From contig JBAZXK010000001.1 in the NCBI GenBank assembly GCA_041659905.1, forward strand, positions 122,670 through 186,669: 64,000 nt of DNA, in the 5' to 3' direction. The position numbers and the translations under genes were made by a program. The DNA is from Patescibacteria group bacterium (GTDB lineage Bacteria > Patescibacteriota > Kazan-3B-28 > UBA10110). The notes below the pieces were generated by a model. It made no database searches, was not told the DNA's origin, and saw only the letters and a program-made list of their open reading frames with translations. Position 1 is the stretch's first letter, and the number at the start of each line of letters is the position of its first letter. This document shows, one piece after another, positions 52,324-61,682 of the stretch.

Positions 52324-52355
52324 CGTTTTATTATACAGATTAAACCCGCGCTCTT

Positions 52356-52967
52356 CTACTGGGCAGCGCCGGCGCCAATTCGAATTGAAGCAGTGGCTGC
52401 CTCAAGAGTGCGGGCCAATTTATCTACAATAGGGTTGTTCAATCGGGAGCGCAAAATAGCCAGCACTTTTTGGCAAAACCAGAATCGTTCCTGCGGTGTC
52501 ACGCTAGGATTAAGTTTATACCACAAGGATTCGCCCTCTTCCAAATAAGAGGTGGTGATAGATTGGATAAAATGAATTTTATCGGCTGCGCAAATCATTA
52601 AAGCCTCCGGGCTAGCAACGGTCAATTGATCGAGATATTTTAATTTGCGCTCTCGCCAGGTTAATTTAAAATTCGACCGCCGGTGGGCGGTCTCTAATAC
52701 GCTTACTTCCTGGACAATTTGGCAGATGAGTTGGCTAAAGTCGCGGCAAATATCGGCTTGGCTGTAAACAGCTGGGTCCACATCTTCTAAAACATCGTGC
52801 AGTAATCCGGCCACAATAGTATTTTCGTCATCAGTATAGCGTGATAATAAAATGGCCACCGCATAAGGGTGGACCACATAAGGAAACTGCTCGGCTTTTC
52901 GGGATTCACCTTGGTGAATCTCATTTATTTTAGTGATAGCTTTTTGGACTAATGGAGTGATTTTCAT
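52356..52967 (-). CDS. HD-domain hydrolase (Mesh1/SpoT-HD-like)
   Basis: H.G..RK...PYVVHP, AGLLHDVLED, ICAADK. Confidence 0.85.
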   Translation of the reverse strand: MKITPLVQKAITKINEIHQGESRKAEQFPYVVHPYAVAILLSRYTDDENTIVAGLLHDVLEDVDPAVYSQADICRDFSQLICQIVQEVSVLETAHRRSNFKLTWRERKLKYLDQLTVASPEALMICAADKIHFIQSITTSYLEEGESLWYKLNPSVTPQERFWFCQKVLAILRSRLNNPIVDKLARTLEAATASIRIGAGAAQ

Positions 52968-53110
52968 AAAATCACATGTTTATTGCCCGCATTGTACTGC
53001 TACCACAATAGAATACAAGGGAAACCGTCCGGAAAGGCTATCTAACTCCTCATCCGGTACTTTTTACCACCATTTTCAACGGCTCAACCTATTGAGCCGT
53101 TCAGTTGTTC

Positions 53111-53161
53111 AAAAGAAGTATATATTTAAATATATACTTCGGTATGTAATTAAAAAGCAAG
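53111..53161. repeat. 51-bp repeat containing a perfect 26-bp palindrome, copy 1
   Basis: GAAGTATATATTTAAATATATACTTC at 53115-53140; 50/51 identical to 59016-59066. Confidence 0.95.
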
Positions 53162-53211
53162 GCCGTGGTGGTCTTGCTTGTGGTTCAATCTCAAAGGTTT
53201 AGAGACAATGG

Positions 53212-53376
53212 CTAGGGATCTGCCTCGCCAGCGGCTGTGCTGGTTTGAATAGATACGGGCGGATCATGTCTTACTAAACAAGTGGGTGGAAAGAATATCC
53301 CTATCACAGTGATAACTGCCAGCACAACAATGATAATTAGGGACCCCCATTCGCCCCAAAAACGCTTAAATAACAT
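53212..53376 (-). CDS. 54-aa membrane microprotein (absent from the ORF track)
   Basis: AAAGGAGG SD, TTGTTT-16-TATGCT promoter; MLFKRFWGEWGSLIIIVVLAVITVIGIFFPP... Confidence 0.6.
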   Translation of the reverse strand: MLFKRFWGEWGSLIIIVVLAVITVIGIFFPPTCLVRHDPPVSIQTSTAAGEADP

Positions 53377-53457
53377 TTTAAAGTTCCTCCTTTGCTAGGA
53401 TACTTAAAGCATAGCAAAAAAAATGCCTAAAACAATCTAGGAGCTACTTTTAAGAAG

Positions 53458-53862
53458 TTACTTGGATGGCTTGCATTCAGCGCAACAATCCGGGATCATG
53501 GCTTCCGGGAAACCTTCATCTTGCATTTTTGAACAAGGAATTTCTCCATTCCCGTCCAAGACAATTCTCCAGCCAGCAGCTTCTTTAACGGCAAACCAGT
53601 AACCGCCGCCGGAACCGTTCTCATCCTGATACATCACTCCGCCCCGCGCATGATCACCGGTATTTTGCAATACGGTAATAACAGTTTTATCTGCCGGCCA
53701 GTTGGCTTTAGTCGCCAGGGCTTGTTTGATGGCGTCTAGATCCATCTGGCTAGTAGTATTGCCGATCCCATTCATGGACTGGTCTTTTGGTTTAACGGCG
53801 CACCCAGACAGAGCCAGTAGGCCTATAGTTACAATCAATAGAGGCAATGCGTATTTATTCAT
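53458..53862 (-). CDS. Lipoprotein
   Basis: Lipobox LALSGC; W..VLDGNG.I.C motif. Confidence 0.75.
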   Translation of the reverse strand: MNKYALPLLIVTIGLLALSGCAVKPKDQSMNGIGNTTSQMDLDAIKQALATKANWPADKTVITVLQNTGDHARGGVMYQDENGSGGGYWFAVKEAAGWRIVLDGNGEIPCSKMQDEGFPEAMIPDCCAECKPSK

Positions 53863-53871
53863 ATTGTTACT

Positions 53872-54375
53872 TTATATACCTAATTTGACTTTTTGTAATA
53901 TGGAACTTTCATTGTAATCGGTTCTCTCAAAAACAACGGCTTGTGCTTTTATCTTGGTTATGAGTTCGTCCAAGGCCACCCACTCAACCGTGCTTTTAGC
54001 ATTTTCCCACTGTAATTTTTCGTCTTTGATTTGAGGGTTCTCAATATTACCTTCATATTTACAGAGGAAATAGACTGTGGTCTTTTCGATATCCGCCTTC
54101 TCCCAATTGGTAAAGTTGCTGACGATGGAACCGAGATAACTTTCGATCTTTACTTTTACGCCGAATTCTTCTGCTAACCCTATGGTAACCATTTCCTCAA
54201 GAGATTTATCAGGCTCGACGGTCTGACGCATCAGCGAATAAATATCCAGTGAGCCGCGGACTCCTGAAAAATGATGGCACAATACCTGATTTTTATCATT
54301 CATTACGACCGCCCCTACCGAAAGCTGGAACGGCTGAGATGCTTCGCCTATAAAATAATGGTGTATCTTTTGCAT
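53872..54375 (-). CDS. NUDIX-fold protein
   Basis: LSVGAVVMN...degenerate Nudix box TVEPDKSLEE..GLAEEFG; TATAAT 6 nt before ATG 54375. Confidence 0.7.
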   Translation of the reverse strand: MQKIHHYFIGEASQPFQLSVGAVVMNDKNQVLCHHFSGVRGSLDIYSLMRQTVEPDKSLEEMVTIGLAEEFGVKVKIESYLGSIVSNFTNWEKADIEKTTVYFLCKYEGNIENPQIKDEKLQWENAKSTVEWVALDELITKIKAQAVVFERTDYNESSILQKVKLGI

Positions 54376-54472
54376 GGCATCATTATAAAAGATTAGCGGT
54401 TTCAAAGCCAGAAGACAGTTTGAAGTATAAAAAAACCGCCGGAATGGCGGTTATGAATTCGAGAGGCTAAAA

Positions 54473-55030
54473 TCACTCTTCTGTTTTGAGCGTTAAACTT
54501 TCTGGGTTTATCGGGTCTTCTATGTCAAACCCCTTCTCTCTTAAAAATTTCTCCGCATGTCCAATCTGCTCAAACTCTCTTTCGGTAAAATCTAATTCAT
54601 CTTTTCTGCGCCATAACATTTTGTAAATATCATGCAATAAACCCGTTCTCTTCTTGCCCACACCCTGCATAACAACCCCATCTCTTATCTTCAGTCCTTT
54701 TCGCACCAGCATTTGCCGTTGTTTTTCTTCTTTCATCCACCTGTCGATTCTTAGAACCTGTCTTTGTTTAGATTTTTTTGCTTTCTCGGCCCGAAATTTC
54801 CACTCTTGATATTTAGTACCACTCCTTTTATTGCCAAAGCTATCGGTCTTATCTGGATTTGAAATGTCTAGAGTGATTACTCCGATGTCATAGGTCAATC
54901 TATCTCTTTGTAAGAGCGCATTGTCGAGATCGGAAGGCGGGAAAGTTGGTATAAAATTAGCTGACATATCATCGGGATCATTGGTTACAGCCGCATTTGA
55001 ACTGCTGTACACTTTTTTTGGTGCACCCAT
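54473..55030 (-). CDS. Orphan hypothetical protein
   Basis: AAGGAG SD; terminator hairpin at ~54429-54452. Confidence 0.7.
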   Translation of the reverse strand: MGAPKKVYSSSNAAVTNDPDDMSANFIPTFPPSDLDNALLQRDRLTYDIGVITLDISNPDKTDSFGNKRSGTKYQEWKFRAEKAKKSKQRQVLRIDRWMKEEKQRQMLVRKGLKIRDGVVMQGVGKKRTGLLHDIYKMLWRRKDELDFTEREFEQIGHAEKFLREKGFDIEDPINPESLTLKTEE

Positions 55031-55215
55031 TAGTTTGATCTCTCCTTTATTTCAAGATTACGAGAATACTCAAGAATACTACAAACCTATAAGTTTTCAT
55101 ATACTTTCTGACAACAATCTAAATCCAAAACTGGCTTAATATACCTAGTGCCAATGTTCTCTTAGAACTTTATTGTAGAACTCAAAGACAAACAAGCCGA
55201 CGATCATTATAAACC

Positions 55216-57081
55216 TTAACTCTTGCCCATGAACCCGCCCGACTGATGGTTCCACAGGGCTGAATATAAGCCTTCCTCTTTCATTAGTTGCTCATGAGTT
55301 CCATCTTGAGAAATCTTTCCCTTGTCTAAAACGACTATTCGATCTAAATGCCTAATTGTCGACAATCGGTGAGCAATAACAATGACTGTCTTCCCTTTCA
55401 TCAACTCCTTCAATCCATCTTGAATATATTTCTCCGATTCGGAGTCAAGCGAGCTAGTTGCTTCATCCAGCACCAAGATAGGCGCTTTTTTTAAGATGGC
55501 TCGAGCGATGGCAATCCGTTGCCGCTGACCGCCGCTCAGCTTGATGCCTCGTTCACCCACCAGAGTATTGTATCCGTTTGGCAGGGTAACAATAAACTCA
55601 TGCGCCCGCGCCAATTTAGCTGCTTTCATCACTTCTGCCTTAGTCGCCTTGTCATTACTGTAAGCAATGTTTTCCATCAGCGACCGATGAAACAGCATTG
55701 GTTCTTGTGGGACATAAGCAATAGCCCTGCGCAATGATTCTTGTGTCACCTGACTAATGTCTTGCCCGTCAATCTTGATTGCACCAGATTGTAAATTCAC
55801 AAATCGTAACAACAACTTGGTAATCGTCGTTTTGCCGCTACCGCTCGGCCCAATCAGCCCCACTTTTTGCTTACCAAGCACATCCAAACTAAAATCTTTC
55901 AGGAACAATTTTTTCTTCTCTGAGTCATCGGTATACCGAAAGTTGGCCGACTCGAAGCTAATCTTGGCGTCCTCTAACCTCAAAGCACGCGCATTTGGCA
56001 CATCTTCGACTGTTGGAGGATGCAAGAACATTTGGGTAAACTCGGCCGCCTCACCCAAAGAAGATTCGATATGGCGATAAATCCGATTAATCTCCCAAAA
56101 GACTCTCGTCACCTGCATATAATAAGAAAATACCACCACAATCGTTCCGGCCTGCAGTGATAGTTTATGCACAAAATAGATCGCCAAAACTAAACCCAGT
56201 ACATTAGTCACAACGTAGATAGGTGATAATATCAAATCTATTTTTAGATTATGGTGATCCGCCGCCCGCTTAAACTTAGCCGCAAAATCATCGGCATACT
56301 TGCCGAAAGTCGTGGACTCCCGTTTCTCCTTGGCAAACGACTTAATCCCCAGTATGTTAGTCATTGCGTCAGACAGTCGGCCAGCCATCTTACTGCTAGC
56401 TTCGTGGCGTAATGCCACTAACCGAGCCCGATGCCGAATCTTTGGAATACTGATAGTCAGCGTTATTAGTAGCGCGAAGATCAACGCCAACGGAATCCAG
56501 GGAGAATACCCCCACATCACCACTATCGCAAATATCATCGGGATAAAACTTGTCCCGATATTCATTGACAATGTGTCGGTAAAAATTTCGAAATTCCTGG
56601 CGTAAGCTAAGCTTTTTTTGGTTAACGAGCCAACAAAGTTGTCAGTATAAAATTCATAATCTCGATTGACCAGTTTGCGAAAAGCCTCTCGGCTCAGTGT
56701 GTTTAACCCTTTTGCCTCAACGGCAATTAGAGAATACACCCCAATCCTCCAGAGCATTTCACCTAACATCCACAAGCCGCCAAATAATATAACCAGGTTC
56801 AAAACCGCCCCCAGAGAAATCTCATTCTGCTGGACTAAAATGTTGATGATGCGGCCAATAATAAGCGGCGGAATAAAGAATACAAAAATATTCCCTATGG
56901 CTGGCGCAAACAAAGCCACTACCGTGTGCCACGGATGCTGTTTATATTGACGCCCATAGTCATTTAGCACCTGACGTACCGCTGCAGTTGAAACTACCTC
57001 TTTATCCATAGCTAACATTAACCCCCCGCTGATTTTATTCGATCCTTCAATTATAATATCTCGACTGATTATATCCAGCAT
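55216..57081 (-). CDS. ABC exporter, fused permease/ATPase
   Basis: 6-TM domain, GPSGSGKT, LSGGQRQR, LDEATSSLD. True start may be 57018 or 57009. Confidence 0.93.
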   Translation of the reverse strand: MLDIISRDIIIEGSNKISGGLMLAMDKEVVSTAAVRQVLNDYGRQYKQHPWHTVVALFAPAIGNIFVFFIPPLIIGRIINILVQQNEISLGAVLNLVILFGGLWMLGEMLWRIGVYSLIAVEAKGLNTLSREAFRKLVNRDYEFYTDNFVGSLTKKSLAYARNFEIFTDTLSMNIGTSFIPMIFAIVVMWGYSPWIPLALIFALLITLTISIPKIRHRARLVALRHEASSKMAGRLSDAMTNILGIKSFAKEKRESTTFGKYADDFAAKFKRAADHHNLKIDLILSPIYVVTNVLGLVLAIYFVHKLSLQAGTIVVVFSYYMQVTRVFWEINRIYRHIESSLGEAAEFTQMFLHPPTVEDVPNARALRLEDAKISFESANFRYTDDSEKKKLFLKDFSLDVLGKQKVGLIGPSGSGKTTITKLLLRFVNLQSGAIKIDGQDISQVTQESLRRAIAYVPQEPMLFHRSLMENIAYSNDKATKAEVMKAAKLARAHEFIVTLPNGYNTLVGERGIKLSGGQRQRIAIARAILKKAPILVLDEATSSLDSESEKYIQDGLKELMKGKTVIVIAHRLSTIRHLDRIVVLDKGKISQDGTHEQLMKEEGLYSALWNHQSGGFMGKS

Positions 57082-57242
57082 GATTATTTATCAGATCTAG
57101 TTGAGTGGGCTAGTTATTTAACTCAGACGCCTTCTGGCTGACCTTCTCGAGCTAGAACTTTTAGAAGAGCAAGCCCAGATTGACCATTCGCATTCTAGCG
57201 TATACTATTGTGTATAAATCCAGACACAGAGAGGAACTTGAC

Positions 57243-58304
57243 ATGAAAGCTAGAAAGCAAATCCAAATTAGTGGTATCGGCACTATTATTTCTCCGCCTT
57301 TTTGGGTAAATCCTGATTTCAGGAACATAACCTACACGGGGGGAGAAAAGTGTCTGTACAATCACACAGTCCCTTGCAATGAAGGGATGGTCTTCGACCA
57401 ATCCGATCGCGTTGTGCGCATAAGCTACGACGGCGAGATTCAACCGCTCTGCGAAAGACCCAACTTCGACGGAGTTTATGGTTCAGGTTGGGCCACGACG
57501 AATATCAATGCGGTAATCATTAACCACAAAGATAACTTCAGTCTTGTCTCGTTCGATGGGACGACAAAGCCTCTCTACAGCAGCTCGGGTAGATTAAGAT
57601 TTTCTCCCCTGCGCGCCTGTAGTAAAGGGCCTATCTTTCACTTTTTCTCTTGCCCCGAAAAAGAGAAAAACGATGAAAGATGGGAGTTTGTATTTGTTTC
57701 CTTCGAGGGTGAAAGCAATACGCTCTATGAAGGTCCGAGATGTTTCAGTAATGTGGTTGACCAGGGATTACTGATATGTACTGAGAGCAACCCTTACCAA
57801 AACTCCGGCTCTGTCCTACTGATCGAACCAGATGGAACGCAACGAGAAATTTTTAAACCCCCGGTTGGAGAAAACTGGTTAGCCCCTTCCTATGGTTTCA
57901 GCTGGAGCGGCATTCATGCTGTTTATAACAATCACTACCATCTTATCCCATTCGACGGCAGGAAACCCGCCTCTTACTCTGGGCGTTACCAGTCTTTTGG
58001 GGGATGCCCAAAAGGACTCGTTGTGTTTCTCCCTAATCGACTACTGGTTGTTCCTTTTGAAGAAGATCAGCCCCGACCTGTCTGGCAATTTGACAGCCCA
58101 GGGGAAGCACTTGGAAGTTGTAATGCAGGAATATTCATCCAGCAGGAAGACGATATCCTTCTTGCACCATACGACTTATCGACACCAAAGACTATCGTCA
58201 AGGGTCTGCCAAACAAGGATGCCATACATTTGGATATCAGACCAACATACAAAGGACTGCTTATTATGCACGGAGTCAGTTCAACTATGATCGAGGTCAA
58301 ATAG
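57243..58304 (+). CDS. Orphan repeat protein, probable beta-propeller
   Basis: ~40-aa repeats centred on (L/F)(V/I)(S/P)(F/Y)(D/E)G; TTGACC-17-TACTAT promoter, GAGG SD, terminator at ~58335-58361. Confidence 0.65.
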   Translation: MKARKQIQISGIGTIISPPFWVNPDFRNITYTGGEKCLYNHTVPCNEGMVFDQSDRVVRISYDGEIQPLCERPNFDGVYGSGWATTNINAVIINHKDNFSLVSFDGTTKPLYSSSGRLRFSPLRACSKGPIFHFFSCPEKEKNDERWEFVFVSFEGESNTLYEGPRCFSNVVDQGLLICTESNPYQNSGSVLLIEPDGTQREIFKPPVGENWLAPSYGFSWSGIHAVYNNHYHLIPFDGRKPASYSGRYQSFGGCPKGLVVFLPNRLLVVPFEEDQPRPVWQFDSPGEALGSCNAGIFIQQEDDILLAPYDLSTPKTIVKGLPNKDAIHLDIRPTYKGLLIMHGVSSTMIEVK

Positions 58305-58409
58305 ATCTTGGTTGTCACCTTATTCGAAAACTAGATACCCCGTCTATACGCCGGGGTATTTAAATATCTCATCTGGCTGGCCTCCTCGAGCGCTAATATT
58401 CGGACATAC

Positions 58410-58946
58410 TTATGCTTCTGCAACCTTGTTTGCGAGATTCTCTACCACCTCTACATTTGGCAAATGTTTGAGAAAAGCGGTAGAAACTCGCAATTTTGAT
58501 ATTTGTTTTCCACCGCCGACAATGATGGTTTCTTTTTCCATCAGACGACTGTCGATTAGGATCTTCCACGATTCCGGAAGACCGACAGGCGTAATGCTGC
58601 CATACTCCATACCAGTTTCCTGAATTACCTCTTCAAGAGGAGCCATGGAAACCGTTTTTGCGTCCAGCAGTTCACAGACCAGACCATTGAGATCGGCGCG
58701 ATAACCGACTGGAACCAGAACAGCGGCCGTCGTTATTGTTTCTCCGCGCTTTCCTCGTACAACGATGCAGTTCGCCCCATCTTCTAAGCTCACATCATAG
58801 TGATCAGCCAGCGCCACCCCATTCATGTATTGCGGGTCAATCTGCCCAACCAAGACACCAGGAGAATCTGCCGCAGCTCTATATACCGATTCGCTAACGA
58901 GTTCGGAGTGATCTTTGATGGGCTGGAAATCTAAATGTTCTTTCAT
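58410..58946 (-). CDS. YbaK/EbsC family tRNA-editing-like protein
   Basis: ANCIVV.GKR, TGMEYGSITPVGLP, VGGG...SKL. Confidence 0.85.
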   Translation of the reverse strand: MKEHLDFQPIKDHSELVSESVYRAAADSPGVLVGQIDPQYMNGVALADHYDVSLEDGANCIVVRGKRGETITTAAVLVPVGYRADLNGLVCELLDAKTVSMAPLEEVIQETGMEYGSITPVGLPESWKILIDSRLMEKETIIVGGGKQISKLRVSTAFLKHLPNVEVVENLANKVAEA

Positions 58947-59015
58947 GTTTCAATTATATCGCTTACAGCGATCTCACTAAGCGATACGAGTTTTATTGAA
59001 CTTCTTTAGGACCCA

Positions 59016-59066
59016 AAAAGAAGTATATATTTAAATATATACTTAGGTATGTAATTAAAAAGCAAG
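59016..59066. repeat. 51-bp palindrome-containing repeat, copy 2
   Basis: AAGTATATATTTAAATATATACTT at 59021-59044. Confidence 0.95.
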
Positions 59067-59217
59067 ACTGTGCAGTCTTGATAGTATACCAAAAAACACC
59101 CTCTAATGGGGTGTTTGTTTGATATAGTCCCGCAGGGCGGGCATCAGTAAGTCAAGTTAAGAGAAGGTGCTAAAAGGTTCGAAAACTTTGTGATTTTATT
59201 ATACTTCCACTCTGTAC

Positions 59218-59427
59218 TCAAAGAAAGCTATTCACGGCAATAAGTATAAGCCCGATGAGAAGTAGCACCAGCGCAGCAAGTATTATCATACAATTTCTAC
59301 CCACAATATTGTTATAGTCCCAGCGATCTTTTTCAATTCTCGCGTTAACTATAACAAATGTGGCAGCGCACATTCCCACCGCCGTAACAAAACCTATAAC
59401 GGCTAGGACAATACCGATTATTAACAT
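59218..59427 (-). CDS. Small two-TM orphan protein
   Basis: TTGCGG-17-TATAAT promoter, AAGGAG SD. Confidence 0.65.
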   Translation of the reverse strand: MLIIGIVLAVIGFVTAVGMCAATFVIVNARIEKDRWDYNNIVGRNCMIILAALVLLLIGLILIAVNSFL

Positions 59428-59557
59428 CTGTTAGCTCCTTATCAAAGGGCACCTAGGCCCCGTGGAATGGTTTGATTATATTCTAATATCAAAATCTCCG
59501 CAACCGAAGCGGATAAATGTATTGGCTGGGGAGGTAGGGCTTCTGTTCTCTGACACA

Positions 59558-59839
59558 CTAAAACGGCCTGGAAATCTTCGCCTCGTCTACTTTGACCTTG
59601 TGGGAAGTGACCAGAGCCTCCAAGTGCTCTCGAAACGCCTGCATGGATATGTTGCCCTGGCATGCGTTTGAGAGTGCCAAAAAGCCCTCATCCTTCGTCA
59701 GACTTAAGCCGAGAGCCAGCACACCCATGTTGAATCCAAGCTGAACCTTCAACTCTTCTGATAAATCATCCCATTTCTCCACCTGCGTGAAGCGGAGCAC
59801 CTGCTCACACGCGTGGGTAACGAACTCCTCATGTGTCAT
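59558..59839 (-). CDS. Hypothetical protein
   Basis: TATAAT and AAGGAG upstream. Confidence 0.7.
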   Translation of the reverse strand: MTHEEFVTHACEQVLRFTQVEKWDDLSEELKVQLGFNMGVLALGLSLTKDEGFLALSNACQGNISMQAFREHLEALVTSHKVKVDEAKISRPF

Positions 59840-59924
59840 CTGTATCTCCTTAATGCTCTTCGCGGGATTATAACTATAGTTTCTATCTAACTTAGCTTAT
59901 CGTGCGGGATAACCTACCACGAAT

Positions 59925-59998
59925 TGGCTGGGACGGTAGGGGTCGAACCTACGATCACGGGGCCAGAACCCGTTGCCTTACCACTTGGCTACGTCCCA
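59925..59998 (-). tRNA. tRNA-Gln(CUG)
   Basis: tgggacgtagccaagtggtaaggc-acggg-ttCTGgc-cccgt...ggttcgaccc...gtcccagCCA. Confidence 0.95.
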
Positions 59999-60113
59999 TT
60001 AAATCGCTACGCGATTAATTTATCCAATGTCACCAATGTAACACCAATTACCAATGAATCTGGCCAGGGGCTACGTCCCATTGATGTTTTAGGGGATTCT
60101 TCCGAACTTTATC

Positions 60114-60428
60114 TTATTTAGCGAAACTCACCACCACTATGGCCGCTATTATAGCCAACCAGGCTACTGTCAGCAAGAGTAAGGTAATAGCCTTACTCCA
60201 ATCCTTTTTATTGAGCGCGAGATATAATGGGTAACCCAATACGGATCCAGCTGATAGCACGGCTACGATCATAAAAATGAGCGGCATGGCCAGCATACCC
60301 ATAAAATCAGGTGCTTCACCAAACCAAGCCTCGCCGTGTGTCATCAATTGTGCCCACAACCATACCACTACAAATGCCGCGACGGCCTGCGCCAAACTGA
60401 ACCAGACTAACTCTTTGATGTGCTTCAT
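60114..60428 (-). CDS. Three-TM membrane protein
   Basis: Hydrophobic; start moved to ATG 60428 because the upstream extension reads through a repeat. Confidence 0.7.
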   Translation of the reverse strand: MKHIKELVWFSLAQAVAAFVVVWLWAQLMTHGEAWFGEAPDFMGMLAMPLIFMIVAVLSAGSVLGYPLYLALNKKDWSKAITLLLLTVAWLAIIAAIVVVSFAK

Positions 60429-60463
60429 TTGATTGATGTTAATGATATTTGTTACATTATCCC

Positions 60464-60545
60464 TGTCATCCCGACCATAGTGGAGGGATCTCGGCGCTTG
60501 TGTCTCGAGATTCTTCGACTCCACTTCGTTCCGCTCAGAATGACA
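60464..60545. repeat. Palindromic element, GTCAT..ATGAC family
   Basis: tgtcatcccgac...ttcttcgactcc..cgctcagaatgaca. Confidence 0.9.
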
Positions 60546-60554
60546 GATGTAGGG

Positions 60555-61682
60555 TTATTTGTTGACTAGTTGTTTGTAGAGTTTTTCGGTTTCATGCACC
60601 ATGGTAGTAACGGTGAATTTATGCAGAGTTTCATCCCCGCCCACCGTCAACTTTTTTTGTAATTTCTTGTCATTTAATAACTTCATAATCGTTACTGCTA
60701 ACTTCTTCGAGTCGCCAGGAGTGACCAAAATGCCATTCCGATTATGCGTGATGATTTCTTGGATGCCACCGACTTTGGTGGCAATGACTGGGATATGCGC
60801 TTTCATCGCCTCTAAAATCGAGATACCGAAAGCTTCCGACTTAGAGCACAGCACAAAAACTGTGAAGGTTTTTAAGATTGCTTCAATCCGCGGTAAGGCG
60901 CCAGTGAAAATAACTGCCGATTCTACTCTGAGCTTTTTAGCCAGGGTCTGCAGCCAATTTTGCAACGGACCGGCTCCCACAATCACCAGTTTGGCAGTGG
61001 GGATTTTTTTAAGAATATAGGGCATAATGCGCAGTAGGGTGGCGGTATCTTTTTGAATATTTAAACTGCCGATAGTGCCAATCACGACATCTTTTTTACA
61101 TAAATTATACTTTTCTAACAACTTACATTCATCGTCCGCTCGACCATCATTGATAATGGCGATACCGTTATAAATCACTTTGATTTTATTTGGCTTAGTA
61201 ATATTGGTGGCAATCAAAAAATCTGCTACTGCCTGAGAAACAGCGATAGTCATATCTGTCCATCTATCCAACATCCTGAGTGAACGAATATGCGCCCAAT
61301 GCAAGAGCGGATTGTCTAATTTAAAATCTTCTGTCCAGGTATGTTCGGTATAAACCACCTTAATAGGAAGATCGCGCACCGCCAACCGCGCCAGTAACCC
61401 TGCCCGCTGTCCATGAGCGTGCAAAATATCCGGGTCATACTTAGTTAACAGTTTTCTGATGGCACTCACCGCTGCCATATCTGAGCGGGATCGCATCGGA
61501 ACAAGAAAGGTATTGATATGCAGCCGGTTTAACTCATCAGCTAAAGGTCCTTGCGGCAAGATCACTGACACGCTAAATTCTTTGGGATCCAAATTGCCAA
61601 CCAGTGATAATAAATGCCGCGGGGCGCCAGTAATGGCACTTTCAGCAATGACATAAATGATACTAATCTTTTTTTTAGCCAT
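60555..61682 (-). CDS. GT4 family glycosyltransferase
   Basis: VIYNGI, EAFGISILEAM....PVIATKVGGI.EI. Confidence 0.93.
   Translation of the reverse strand: MAKKKISIIYVIAESAITGAPRHLLSLVGNLDPKEFSVSVILPQGPLADELNRLHINTFLVPMRSRSDMAAVSAIRKLLTKYDPDILHAHGQRAGLLARLAVRDLPIKVVYTEHTWTEDFKLDNPLLHWAHIRSLRMLDRWTDMTIAVSQAVADFLIATNITKPNKIKVIYNGIAIINDGRADDECKLLEKYNLCKKDVVIGTIGSLNIQKDTATLLRIMPYILKKIPTAKLVIVGAGPLQNWLQTLAKKLRVESAVIFTGALPRIEAILKTFTVFVLCSKSEAFGISILEAMKAHIPVIATKVGGIQEIITHNRNGILVTPGDSKKLAVTIMKLLNDKKLQKKLTVGGDETLHKFTVTTMVHETEKLYKQLVNK

Noticed and set aside
50654-59066. CRISPR array or integron attC sites
   Set aside because: Repeats are kilobases apart, no cas or intI gene is present, and there are no RYYYAAC/GTTRRRY boxes.
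59125-59143. Possible tRNA 3'-end remnant (attR-like)
   Set aside because: It does not match either tRNA in the window and is too short to support.
59924-60121. 65-aa ORF
   Set aside because: It is the antisense reading of tRNA-Gln.
35524-60524. N-terminal extensions in the ORF track for mfd, the carboxypeptidase, the AEP polymerase and the 60114 gene
   Set aside because: The extensions read through promoters or palindromic repeats; downstream starts fit better.
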